From: a virus
Direction: 5' to 3' (one strand)
IMG/VR virus record: IMGVR_UViG_3300002854_000002
Location: 1-61,017 of that record
DNA length: 61,017 nt
The notes under the pieces are model-generated. The model ran no database searches. It was not told where the DNA came from and worked only from the letters and a program-made list of their open reading frames with translations. Below, piece after piece: positions 25,829 through 33,181 of this stretch. Within the stretch, counting starts at the first letter, position 1; each line of letters begins with the position of its first letter. The position numbers and the translations under genes were made by a program.

Positions 25829-26527
25829 TTGACGCTGAATAAAATCGATGTTCTCGACAACGGGTATGTCCGGCTAGTTGACGTAATGGGATCGGACTTA
25901 ACAGTCGCGAATGCCGCACGCGTTTCCTACGCAAAGGAATCGGCGGAACTGACGGACCGCGACCGCAGCCTAATTGCCTTTCTAGCCCGCGAAGGACATT
26001 CGTCGCCATTTCGCCACGCAATCGCACAAATCGAGGTGTATGCGCCACTAATGGTCGCTCGCCAATGGTGGAAATACGTAGTAGGTTCGGATCATACGAT
26101 GGACGCGTGGAACGAAAGCAGCCGCCGCTATGTTACTGAGGAACCGGTGTTCTACCTGCCTGCTGCGGACGAGTGGCGGTCAGCTCCAGAAAACTCAAAG
26201 CAAGGTAGCGGAGCAGTCGTGGATTCCGTTCTCGGCGAAGATATTACGTATAACTTAATGAAACACATCGAGGCAAGCGAAGAGCTATACAACATAGCGC
26301 TTGAATGCGGAATCTGTGCCGAACAAGCACGCCTATTCCTGCCGGCTTATGGAATGTACGTACGATGGTATTGGACCGCGTCGCTACAATCGATCGCCCA
26401 CTTCTTAGCGCAGCGTCTCGAACACGATGCGCAGGCGGAGATTCAATCGTATGCAAAGGCGATTCTAACGTTAATCAAGGCGAAGTTTCCCGTAGCTATT
26501 TCGGAACTATTGAAAACGAAGGAGTGA
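25829..26527 (+). CDS. thyX: Flavin-dependent thymidylate synthase ThyX
   Basis: SPFRHA...ARQWWKY, NESSRRY and FLAQRLEHDAQAEIQ match the ThyX signature. TTG start with GAGGGGGAG. Confidence 0.85.
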   Translation: MTLNKIDVLDNGYVRLVDVMGSDLTVANAARVSYAKESAELTDRDRSLIAFLAREGHSSPFRHAIAQIEVYAPLMVARQWWKYVVGSDHTMDAWNESSRRYVTEEPVFYLPAADEWRSAPENSKQGSGAVVDSVLGEDITYNLMKHIEASEELYNIALECGICAEQARLFLPAYGMYVRWYWTASLQSIAHFLAQRLEHDAQAEIQSYAKAILTLIKAKFPVAISELLKTKE

Positions 26528-26534
26528 CGTGAAT

Positions 26535-27116
26535 ATGGCAAGGTTAAGCGGAGTTTACGAAACCGGCAACGTAATCGAGTACAACGGTGTGCGTTACGAG
26601 AGTACGGAAGATGACCCGCAAGTCGGCGATATCCTACGTAGCGGAACGCACTACTCATTCATGCCGAAGGGAGCTTTTTACGCAGTCGTAGCAGATAGCG
26701 AAAGTGATAACATCGGCATACTCGATGAAGACGAAACGTTTCTACTGGCCGATGGTGACGATATAGTATTCCGCCGCAACGTGTTAACAACTGCGCAGAT
26801 CATCGAACAAAAACGTGCAGCAGTCGCATCCCTTAACGCTGAAATCGCGGAATTAGAGACGGAAATGGCGGAGGAGTCAGCGCTGAAAGTCGGCGACTAC
26901 GCGCGGTTCGTATCTGGTGGTGACTTCAGCGAAGGAACAATCGTCGTAGTGGATAATACAGACGGACAGCGGCGGTATCCGTATGAGGTACACGCGGCGT
27001 TATGCCCCGAGTTGTCGGAGTACGTTAGCGCAAATCAACTTGAACGCTTAACGCCCGCCGAAGCACGCGCCGCTCTCATCGCGCAAATTGACGCGCTGTT
27101 TCCGGTAAGTCCCTAA
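26535..27116 (+). CDS. Repeat-module protein, paralogous to 14892-16985 modules (194 aa)
   Basis: Two beta-barrel-like modules (the second begins LKVGDYARFV) separated by a coiled coil. Confidence 0.6.
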   Translation: MARLSGVYETGNVIEYNGVRYESTEDDPQVGDILRSGTHYSFMPKGAFYAVVADSESDNIGILDEDETFLLADGDDIVFRRNVLTTAQIIEQKRAAVASLNAEIAELETEMAEESALKVGDYARFVSGGDFSEGTIVVVDNTDGQRRYPYEVHAALCPELSEYVSANQLERLTPAEARAALIAQIDALFPVSP

Positions 27117-27570
27117 CGTTTTAACCGCTGTCCTAGCGTATTTCTCGCTCCTTGCCGCGCTTGTAACGGCCGAGCCGGAGCCGCCCGCATCGAAAGAACC
27201 GACGTGGCATACGTTCGAGGCGACTGAAAAGCAGGGGACGTGGCGGTCTTTCGCGGCCACTGCCTACACGGCTGATTGTCGCGGCTGTACCGGCATTACA
27301 AAAACGGGAGTTAACGTAAAACAGACGCAGTATGACGCATATGGACGACGCATAATCGCGGTTGATCCGGCCGTCATCGCGCTTCATTCGGAAGTCGTCG
27401 TAATGTTGGCGGATGGCTTCACGTTTACGGCGGTCGCGGAGGACATTGGTGGCGCAATTAAGGGATCGCGGATTGACGTATTGACAGCGGATAGGAAGAC
27501 GGCGGAGAGGTTCGGCCGCCAGGACGTACAAATATGCGTAATGGGAGACGATGCGTATGATCGAAGTTAA
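27109..27570 (+). CDS. 3D-domain (MltA-like, YuiC/YocH-type) cell-wall protein with signal-peptide-like N-terminus, no identifiable start codon
   Basis: 154 open codons: ..LTAVLAYFSLLAALVTA..FAATAYTADCRGCTGITKTG...IIAVDPAVIALHSEV...EDIGGAIKGSRIDV...FGRQDVQICV. The first in-frame canonical start is ATG 27403, inside the domain. No ATT/ATC/ATA/CTG and no SD near the 5' end. Confidence 0.6.
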   Translation, partial: VPNVLTAVLAYFSLLAALVTAEPEPPASKEPTWHTFEATEKQGTWRSFAATAYTADCRGCTGITKTGVNVKQTQYDAYGRRIIAVDPAVIALHSEVVVMLADGFTFTAVAEDIGGAIKGSRIDVLTADRKTAERFGRQDVQICVMGDDAYDRS

Positions 27571-29032
27571 ACGTAAAGCAAACGTTGGAGAACGGATTAG
27601 AATCGTAGAGGAAATCAGCGAAGAGGACGCAGTCGGCTACTACAGGACCGGTGATGTTATGACAGTTACAAGCACGGATCGTTGGGGCGACGGTCAAGCC
27701 GTAAGCGTATCTGAGACGAGATGGGCTGTTCTTCACAGCGAGTACGTTGTAATCACGGAGGAGGCGGAGGTTATCGAAGACATTACGGTATTACCGGACG
27801 AATCATTGGGCGGAGTTCAACGCGAATACAACGAGGTTAAACGCAAAGCTAACGTGGGTGAGTGGGTTAAAATAGTAGCGGCTACCGGAGTGGACGAGGA
27901 GACGTACGTAAATGGCGATGTTCTGGACGTGGTTGACACGTGGTCAAACGGTGCAGTCGATACGTCGAACCTTCAGCACGTATTTTTGCGGGAGTATGTC
28001 GTTCTCGAACCATCCGATATCGTCGTTATCAACGGTGAACGCCTGCGCTTAGTCAATCGAAAGGCGGCCGTAGGTGAGCGTATACTATCGCTCGTAGGCG
28101 AAGGTAAATACGGAATTACCAAAGGCAACGTATACAGCGTAACAAGAACGGGAACCAACTCCGGCCACGAAGGCGTAACGGTCACTGACGACAACGGGGA
28201 AAGCCACGGAATTACAACTGAGTTCTATCGCGTTCTCGAACCTGTTTCCGCTCCGTCACCGTCCGTCACGCAACAAATCGACGGCCTGACGGAAGCAGTC
28301 GCGAAATTAACGCTTAAAAACGCGGATCTTGCGCTTCAACTCAAAGTTGCGCGAGAGGACATCGTTTTAATCGAGGAGGGCGTATCTGCGGATATTAAAC
28401 GCCTGGAGGCGGAAGTCGCGGCGTTGAAACGTGTGAAAGAATCCGCTAGGCCGTCCGTAAGTACGGCTGTAACGCGAGACGATATTATCGAACGTGCAAA
28501 ACGGGATGTAGCGGAACTTGTCCGTACTCCTCGCGACATTAACTGGCAGCATCCGCATTTCTGGCCGAAGATTGACGGAGAAAGAACGAATTGGACCCCG
28601 ATGCAGCGCGTAGACTTCGTCATCAACCCTCGAAAGCGGACGGTAGTCGCGATAATCCGGTTCCTTCCTGCATATAGAAACGGTGAAGTGTTCGCGAAAG
28701 GAATCGCCCGCTGCGCGCCGGATGACGTATTCAACTCGCATATCGGCCGCGCTATCGCCCTACGCCGTGCGCTCAGACTGGATGTGCCGCAGGAATACTT
28801 AAAGACTCCGCAGCCTACGGAGGCGCACGTCGGGGATATCGTAACTTTTAACGACCACGACGCAGGAAAAGTGGTATACCGTATCAATACGCTGAACCCG
28901 GCATGTGCGAACTGTACGGTCATACACGATGAGTGGTTCGGAGGTACGGATCACACAGGAGGGCGCGCAGCCGGCGGGGATTTTTCATGGGCGCGTATTA
29001 TCGACGACTCACGCGAGGAGGTGGCGGCCTAA
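27551..29032 (+). CDS. Repeat-module protein (3 N-terminal beta-barrel-like repeats, coiled coil, conserved C-terminal domain), 493 aa
   Basis: EVKRKANVGE(R/W)(I/V)(R/K)IV occurs twice plus a third divergent unit. C-terminus contains KGIARCAPDDVFNSHIGRAIALRRAL. Confidence 0.65.
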   Translation: MRMIEVKRKANVGERIRIVEEISEEDAVGYYRTGDVMTVTSTDRWGDGQAVSVSETRWAVLHSEYVVITEEAEVIEDITVLPDESLGGVQREYNEVKRKANVGEWVKIVAATGVDEETYVNGDVLDVVDTWSNGAVDTSNLQHVFLREYVVLEPSDIVVINGERLRLVNRKAAVGERILSLVGEGKYGITKGNVYSVTRTGTNSGHEGVTVTDDNGESHGITTEFYRVLEPVSAPSPSVTQQIDGLTEAVAKLTLKNADLALQLKVAREDIVLIEEGVSADIKRLEAEVAALKRVKESARPSVSTAVTRDDIIERAKRDVAELVRTPRDINWQHPHFWPKIDGERTNWTPMQRVDFVINPRKRTVVAIIRFLPAYRNGEVFAKGIARCAPDDVFNSHIGRAIALRRALRLDVPQEYLKTPQPTEAHVGDIVTFNDHDAGKVVYRINTLNPACANCTVIHDEWFGGTDHTGGRAAGGDFSWARIIDDSREEVAA

Positions 29033-29235
29033 TGCGCGACATTTACGTAATCCTCATCGGCGGTCGTCCGCATATGAAGGGAAACGCAATTCGTACGTAC
29101 AAGACACGCGAACGCGCGGAGAAAGAGGCGAAGGTTCTCGTCGGTTACAGGAAGCGCGGCTATTCTTCGTGGGTAGGTTGCCGAATTGAGACAGCGCTGT
29201 TTATCGCAAGTAATACCGTGGAGGTGGCGGATTAA
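29032..29235 (+). CDS. Hypothetical protein (67 aa)
   Basis: TAATG coupling and SD GAGGAGGTGG. Confidence 0.5.
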   Translation: MRDIYVILIGGRPHMKGNAIRTYKTRERAEKEAKVLVGYRKRGYSSWVGCRIETALFIASNTVEVAD

Positions 29236-29519
29236 TGGAGAAATCAACGCAAGAACAACGCATAGAATCCGTAGTTTCAGAAGTCGGATCGACGCTAATA
29301 CGGAAAAACCGCGACTACGGAGATAGCTTCGCTAAGCAATACGCTAAGTACGGTGTTATGTGCGGCCTTATCCGTATGGACGACAAGATGGCGCGCTTAA
29401 CGAATCTCGTCACGGGAGCGCAGCCGCATGTCGACGAGTCCATCGAGGATACGTTATTGGATCTCGCAGGCTACGCGATTCTATGCGCGGTCGAGCTACG
29501 GAAAACGAAATGCACATAA
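29235..29519 (+). CDS. DUF1599-like protein
   Basis: KNRDYGDSF...G..GLIRMDDKMARL...ESIEDTLLDLAGYA pattern, recalled from that family. Confidence 0.4.
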   Translation: MEKSTQEQRIESVVSEVGSTLIRKNRDYGDSFAKQYAKYGVMCGLIRMDDKMARLTNLVTGAQPHVDESIEDTLLDLAGYAILCAVELRKTKCT

Positions 29520-29692
29520 CCGAAACGAAACTCCGCCGCATGTTAGACGAAGCTTATCGCCGGGGCTACCGAGCGGGCTACGTAATCAGCCGTGTGGACG
29601 CGATTAACGGGATTTACGATGCTGACGCACCGTCCGCTTCTTCTTCCGCTACGAATACGAGCCAGCCGTCTTGTTCCGCCTCAAAGACGTAG
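29510..29692 (+). CDS. Hypothetical protein (60 aa), low-complexity C-terminus
   Basis: ATG 29510 overlaps the previous gene end. The 3' 79 nt overlap a convergent ORF. Confidence 0.35.
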   Translation: MHITETKLRRMLDEAYRRGYRAGYVISRVDAINGIYDADAPSASSSATNTSQPSCSASKT

Positions 29693-29988
29693 CGCCGCGC
29701 TTCTTCCGCTAGGCGAGCCTTACGGTAAAAGTGCGAAGCGCTGGCGTAGCCGCGTTTATCGATATTGGCCGCCGTAGGGTCGCCGCCTGAGGCCGCGAGT
29801 CTTATCGCGATTGCTTTCGCTCCGTGATCGTAGCCTAAAGCAACGCGCGGGGAAACGCCATCGACTTCGCTGCGGAGGTTATACAACGTAATAATATCGG
29901 AGCTGAAGCGCAGGCGGCGTTGTTTGTCCGTTGCGATAAAGAGGTTGACGAGCGGAATAGTTTCGATGTTAAAGCGCTTATCACTCAT
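29614..29988 (-). CDS. Hypothetical minus-strand protein (124 aa), possible DNA-binding regulator
   Basis: Intact ORF, divergent from a phased-repeat control region. Weak resemblance to duplicated AbrB-like half-domains, by inspection only. Confidence 0.45.
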   Translation of the reverse strand: MSDKRFNIETIPLVNLFIATDKQRRLRFSSDIITLYNLRSEVDGVSPRVALGYDHGAKAIAIRLAASGGDPTAANIDKRGYASASHFYRKARLAEEARRYVFEAEQDGWLVFVAEEEADGASAS

Positions 29989-30008
29989 CGCGATTCACTC
30001 CGTTTTTA

Positions 30009-30038
30009 ACGCAATTATAACGCAAATGGCACGCAATT
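30009..30038 (+). promoter_or_regulatory. Three ACGCAA(T/A)T boxes phased at 11 bp
   Basis: ACGCAATT 30009-30016, ACGCAAAT 30020-30027, ACGCAATT 30031-30038. They lie in the divergent intergenic region. TACAAT sits at 30038-30043. Confidence 0.5.
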
Positions 30039-30062
30039 ACAATCATACGGGAGGCGTTAAGT

Positions 30063-30449
30063 ATCGGAGCATGTAACGTAGACCTAACGGAAAAAGGCCG
30101 CCAATACAGCGTACAGTACGCGCTCAATGACGCTGCCGGGGTAAAGGCGCTATTGCGCGATCGCCACAAGATCGCTGCCCGCCGTTTTAACGGAGATACG
30201 GACGCTTCCGACATTCTCCTCGACCTCCATAGCGCGATTGAAAGCAGCGGTATCACAGATCGCCAAGCGGAAGCGATAGCGCTTGTTTACGGCCTCGACG
30301 TTACGCAGGGGACGGCAGCGCGTGTTATGGGCGTCGGCCAAGATAGCGTAAGCGACTTCGTAAATGGGGCAGCGGCGCGAATAGCAGCGGTCTATCAGCG
30401 GTGGGAATACGGAATTATTAGCGTTCAGTTAGAGGGGGAAATCGTTTGA
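30063..30449 (+). CDS. Sigma region-4-like / ArpU-like transcription regulator, apparent ATC start
   Basis: ITDRQAEAIALVYGLDVTQGTAARVMGVGQDSV is an HTH. The frame is open from 30021. GGAGG 30050-30054 lies 8 nt before ATC 30063. The first canonical start is TTG 30153, which has no SD. Confidence 0.5.
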   Translation: MGACNVDLTEKGRQYSVQYALNDAAGVKALLRDRHKIAARRFNGDTDASDILLDLHSAIESSGITDRQAEAIALVYGLDVTQGTAARVMGVGQDSVSDFVNGAAARIAAVYQRWEYGIISVQLEGEIV

Positions 30450-31108
30450 CATACGTTGAGAGATTTGCGGGGGTAGTGGCGGAAATTGTGGAGACGGTTA
30501 AGGCACGAAAAATTAACGAATTTTTACGTTATGCGTACGCGGGCGTCGGTTACGATTTAGCAGATCGTACGCAGCGTATGGCGTTGATCGATGCGGTTAT
30601 GCGAGCTTATGTAGCCGCGCACGCTGACGTTAATCAAGCGGCCTTTCAACGCTGGGTAGACCGCGGCGGCAAGGGAGAGCGGCCAAGTCCGATTAGTCTC
30701 GATACGGCGCTGATTGACCGCCTTACAGACGCAGTTCTCGACGAAGAGTTAGCGGATACTCATCCGGATAAAGTTACGCGCAATGAATATCCGTTTATGT
30801 CCGATTGGCAACTCGAACTCCGCCGAGACCGTGAGACATCGCTGAAGGCCGCGGAAGAGGTTGGCACAGACGTCCGAAATTACGCGGTCCCGAAGCGCAG
30901 GAAACGCAGCGGATACGAGAATCGTTTCGTAGATCGTCACGCAAAAATACGTAACGTAGAACGCGCCGCACGCTATAAACGGGATACAGCGGCCGGATTG
31001 CTTGTTACGTACAATTTGCGGGAAACCTGCGGCGAATTGGCGACCGAGTTCGTAGCAGCGGCGAGCGTAGCGGAAACGTGGCGTGAACGGCTAAGCCTCG
31101 TCTACTAA
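30446..31108 (+). CDS. Hypothetical protein (220 aa)
   Basis: TTGA start/stop overlap with the upstream gene. Confidence 0.55.
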   Translation: MTYVERFAGVVAEIVETVKARKINEFLRYAYAGVGYDLADRTQRMALIDAVMRAYVAAHADVNQAAFQRWVDRGGKGERPSPISLDTALIDRLTDAVLDEELADTHPDKVTRNEYPFMSDWQLELRRDRETSLKAAEEVGTDVRNYAVPKRRKRSGYENRFVDRHAKIRNVERAARYKRDTAAGLLVTYNLRETCGELATEFVAAASVAETWRERLSLVY

Positions 31109-31309
31109 CGTAAGCAGTTCGGCCGCTGTAACATTGAAATAAACGCATAGTTTCGCTATAAGATCGCGCGGGTAACGTTCCATTTCGTCATTGTACAGAA
31201 GACGTACGCTGTCGAAACGGTAATCGATATCCCGCGCGATTTCGCGTATAGACAGGCCGCGAGCTTCCGCGAGTGCGCGCAGATTTGAGCGGATAACCAT
31301 CGAAAACAC
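31091..31309 (-). CDS. XRE-family HTH regulator (72 aa)
   Basis: LRALAEARGLSIREIARDIDYRFDSVRLLYN is an HTH. SD GGAGGTG is present. Confidence 0.8.
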   Translation of the reverse strand: MFSMVIRSNLRALAEARGLSIREIARDIDYRFDSVRLLYNDEMERYPRDLIAKLCVYFNVTAAELLTLVDEA

Positions 31310-31346
31310 CTCCGTTAATAGCGATTATACGTCCGACACGGTAAGG

Positions 31347-31390
31347 GTGTCAAATAGTTATTGACACGTTAAACGGGTCTGGTTTATAAT
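31347..31390 (+). promoter_or_regulatory. Near-consensus sigma-A-type promoter TTGACA-18-TATAAT with a palindromic operator over the -35
   Basis: -35 at 31361-31366 and -10 at 31385-31390. Inverted repeat GTGTCAA-N7-TTGACAC at 31347-31367. Confidence 0.65.
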
Positions 31391-31400
31391 GAAATTGTGG

Positions 31401-31571
31401 ATGACTCGTTTAACGAGTCGGAAGCAGAAGGGCGGTGATGACGTGGAAGATTGGCTGGATTTCCTAACGAGGGCGCTAAACTTCGTAACTGCAATCGCAC
31501 TCTTACGTAAAGAGAAGCGTAGCAGACCTCGGAAAAAGAAAAAAGGTACCAAACGGCGCGGGCGGCGCTAG
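31401..31571 (+). CDS. Possible 56-aa protein with hydrophobic core and poly-basic C-terminus (near-leaderless)
   Basis: ATG 31401 lies about 4 nt downstream of the predicted transcription start. C-terminus is RKEKRSRPRKKKKGTKRRGRR. Confidence 0.3.
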   Translation: MTRLTSRKQKGGDDVEDWLDFLTRALNFVTAIALLRKEKRSRPRKKKKGTKRRGRR

Positions 31572-31676
31572 AGTTGGGTACCGAGGTGAGGGGCTGAAAG
31601 TTGGCCCCGATCCTTACCAGCTATGATACCACGTCACGCGCCTTTAAATCAAACGCAAACGACGGGAGGTAATCGT

Positions 31677-31763
31677 ATGGAGTACGTAAATTGGACGCTT
31701 ACAATTGCCGCGTTAGTCATCGCTGTAATCGCGCTTGTGAGAGCGCTCATTAAGAAACGATAA
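31677..31763 (+). CDS. 28-aa single-TM peptide
   Basis: SD GGGAGG lies 7 nt upstream. Sequence MEYVNWTLTIAALVIAVIALVRALIKKR. Confidence 0.4.
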   Translation: MEYVNWTLTIAALVIAVIALVRALIKKR

Positions 31764-31772
31764 ATGTAGAGT

Positions 31773-31802
31773 AGAGCAGGGGGAGGGGATTCCTTTTGCT
31801 CT
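31773..31802. terminator. Bidirectional stem-loop terminator between the small + ORFs and the minus-strand SRAP gene
   Basis: AGAGCAGGGGG ... CCTTTTGCTCT stem with T-rich flanks on both strands. Confidence 0.45.
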
Positions 31803-32487
31803 ATTTGCTGTTTATTGCTAGTTTCTCGATGAGCTTAGACCCGGAATTTTTCACGTTGCCGACATCTTTGCTCACGGCATAGCGCGTCATCTTATCGGCA
31901 GGATACGGAGCGAGCAGCGATTGCAGCGTCTCTTTATCCGTGGTTTCCGGATCTAGCCACGTATCAACGGCATCACTCGGCAAGATGACCGGCATACGAT
32001 CATGCACGTCTTTTACGAGGTCGTTTGGCGTCGTTGTTATGATCGTACAGCTCCGTAGTAGCTCACCGTCCGGCTGCTTCCATTCGTCCCACAGTCCGGC
32101 GTATCCGTAAGGCGATTCGTCTTTCAACGTGAACCGATACGGTTGTTTCTCCGCGCCTACTTTTTGCCATTCGTAAAATCCGTCGGCCGGTATAACGACG
32201 CGGCGGCTTTTTAACAATCGCCCATAAGCCGGCTTTTCCGCGACCGTCTCCGCCCGTGCGTTAATCATTTTAAATCCGATTTTTACGTCCTTCGCCCAGA
32301 AGGGTACGAGACCCCAACGGAAACCGTCGATCACTCGGCGGCCGTCATCGTTTAATATGACTGGCACCGTATGCGTCGGAGCTACGTTATAATTCGGCTT
32401 ATATTCGTATCGTATATCAGCGCTATCGATGGCGAATAAATGAATTAGTTCTTCGATATCTACATAAATCGTGTATCGTCCGCACAT
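31801..32487 (-). CDS. SOS response-associated peptidase (SRAP / YedK-HMCES family)
   Basis: Begins MCGRY (Cys2 nucleophile) when started at ATG 32487, which has GGAGGTG 6 nt upstream. NVAPT, WGLVPFW and NARAET motifs. Confidence 0.9.
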   Translation of the reverse strand: MCGRYTIYVDIEELIHLFAIDSADIRYEYKPNYNVAPTHTVPVILNDDGRRVIDGFRWGLVPFWAKDVKIGFKMINARAETVAEKPAYGRLLKSRRVVIPADGFYEWQKVGAEKQPYRFTLKDESPYGYAGLWDEWKQPDGELLRSCTIITTTPNDLVKDVHDRMPVILPSDAVDTWLDPETTDKETLQSLLAPYPADKMTRYAVSKDVGNVKNSGSKLIEKLAINSK

Positions 32488-32596
32488 TTCGAACACCTCC
32501 ACGTTATCTATACCCGATCATAGTACGATTTGAGCCCGAATTACACTGGAAATTATTTTCCTGTATACGAACGATAATTCCCGTCATATAATAATT

Positions 32597-32610
32597 AGAA
32601 CAAACGTTCG
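32597..32610. promoter_or_regulatory. LexA (Cheo-type) box AGAACAAACGTTCG
   Basis: Matches the GAAC-N4-GTTC core of the Bacillus SOS box. It lies just downstream of a TATAAT (32587-32592), in the divergent region between the SRAP and YolD-like genes. Confidence 0.55.
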
Positions 32611-32638
32611 TATTTTTGGGGGATCGGAGGTCATTCAC

Positions 32639-33109
32639 ATGAGCAAACTCGACGGGAATGAACGGTGGAAATCGAAAATGTTGTTGACTGAACATGCGGA
32701 ACAATACGATCAGAAACAGACAGCGGGCACCGTAAAATATTTAACGACGGAAGAGCGTATCATGGTCCGCGATTATATCCTGCTGCCGCATATGGAGAAG
32801 ATGATTCAGAAAAGTATCGCTGACCTCGAGAGCGCGTCCAACGTTCTAAACCGGCTTTACCTCGCTGCCGGTCATAAAGTTTTAATCTCGGTTGCCGAAG
32901 ACTATTATCGATTGCGTAGCGAGCTGAAGAAACGGAATATTCGCGTCGTCTCGGAAGAACAAGAAGACATGATCATCTACCATAAGTGTTATTATCGGGG
33001 ATACGAAGAACGGTTCGGAATGACGCGTGACGTTATGCGCTCGGAGATCAGCGTCCGGTTAACGAAGTATACGACGGAGTTAGTAGCGCGGCTGAAAGCG
33101 AAAGGTTGA
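32639..33109 (+). CDS. YolD-like protein
   Basis: N-terminal RWKSKMLLTEH motif and a size typical of YolD-like proteins. Confidence 0.55.
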   Translation: MSKLDGNERWKSKMLLTEHAEQYDQKQTAGTVKYLTTEERIMVRDYILLPHMEKMIQKSIADLESASNVLNRLYLAAGHKVLISVAEDYYRLRSELKKRNIRVVSEEQEDMIIYHKCYYRGYEERFGMTRDVMRSEISVRLTKYTTELVARLKAKG

Positions 33110-33181
33110 GCGCAGTTCCCATTATTTCGTAAATTACGGCGCACGCTTCTAATGGTAACATCGTAATAGGAGGTGTTTTCG

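Noticed and set aside
27133-27531. 132-aa minus-strand track ORF
   Set aside because: It lies exactly antisense to the strongly supported 3D-domain frame and is Arg-rich in the way shadow ORFs typically are.
31389-31571. Track ORF start at ATG 31389
   Set aside because: That ATG lies inside the -10 hexamer of the consensus promoter. If the ORF is real, it must start at ATG 31401.
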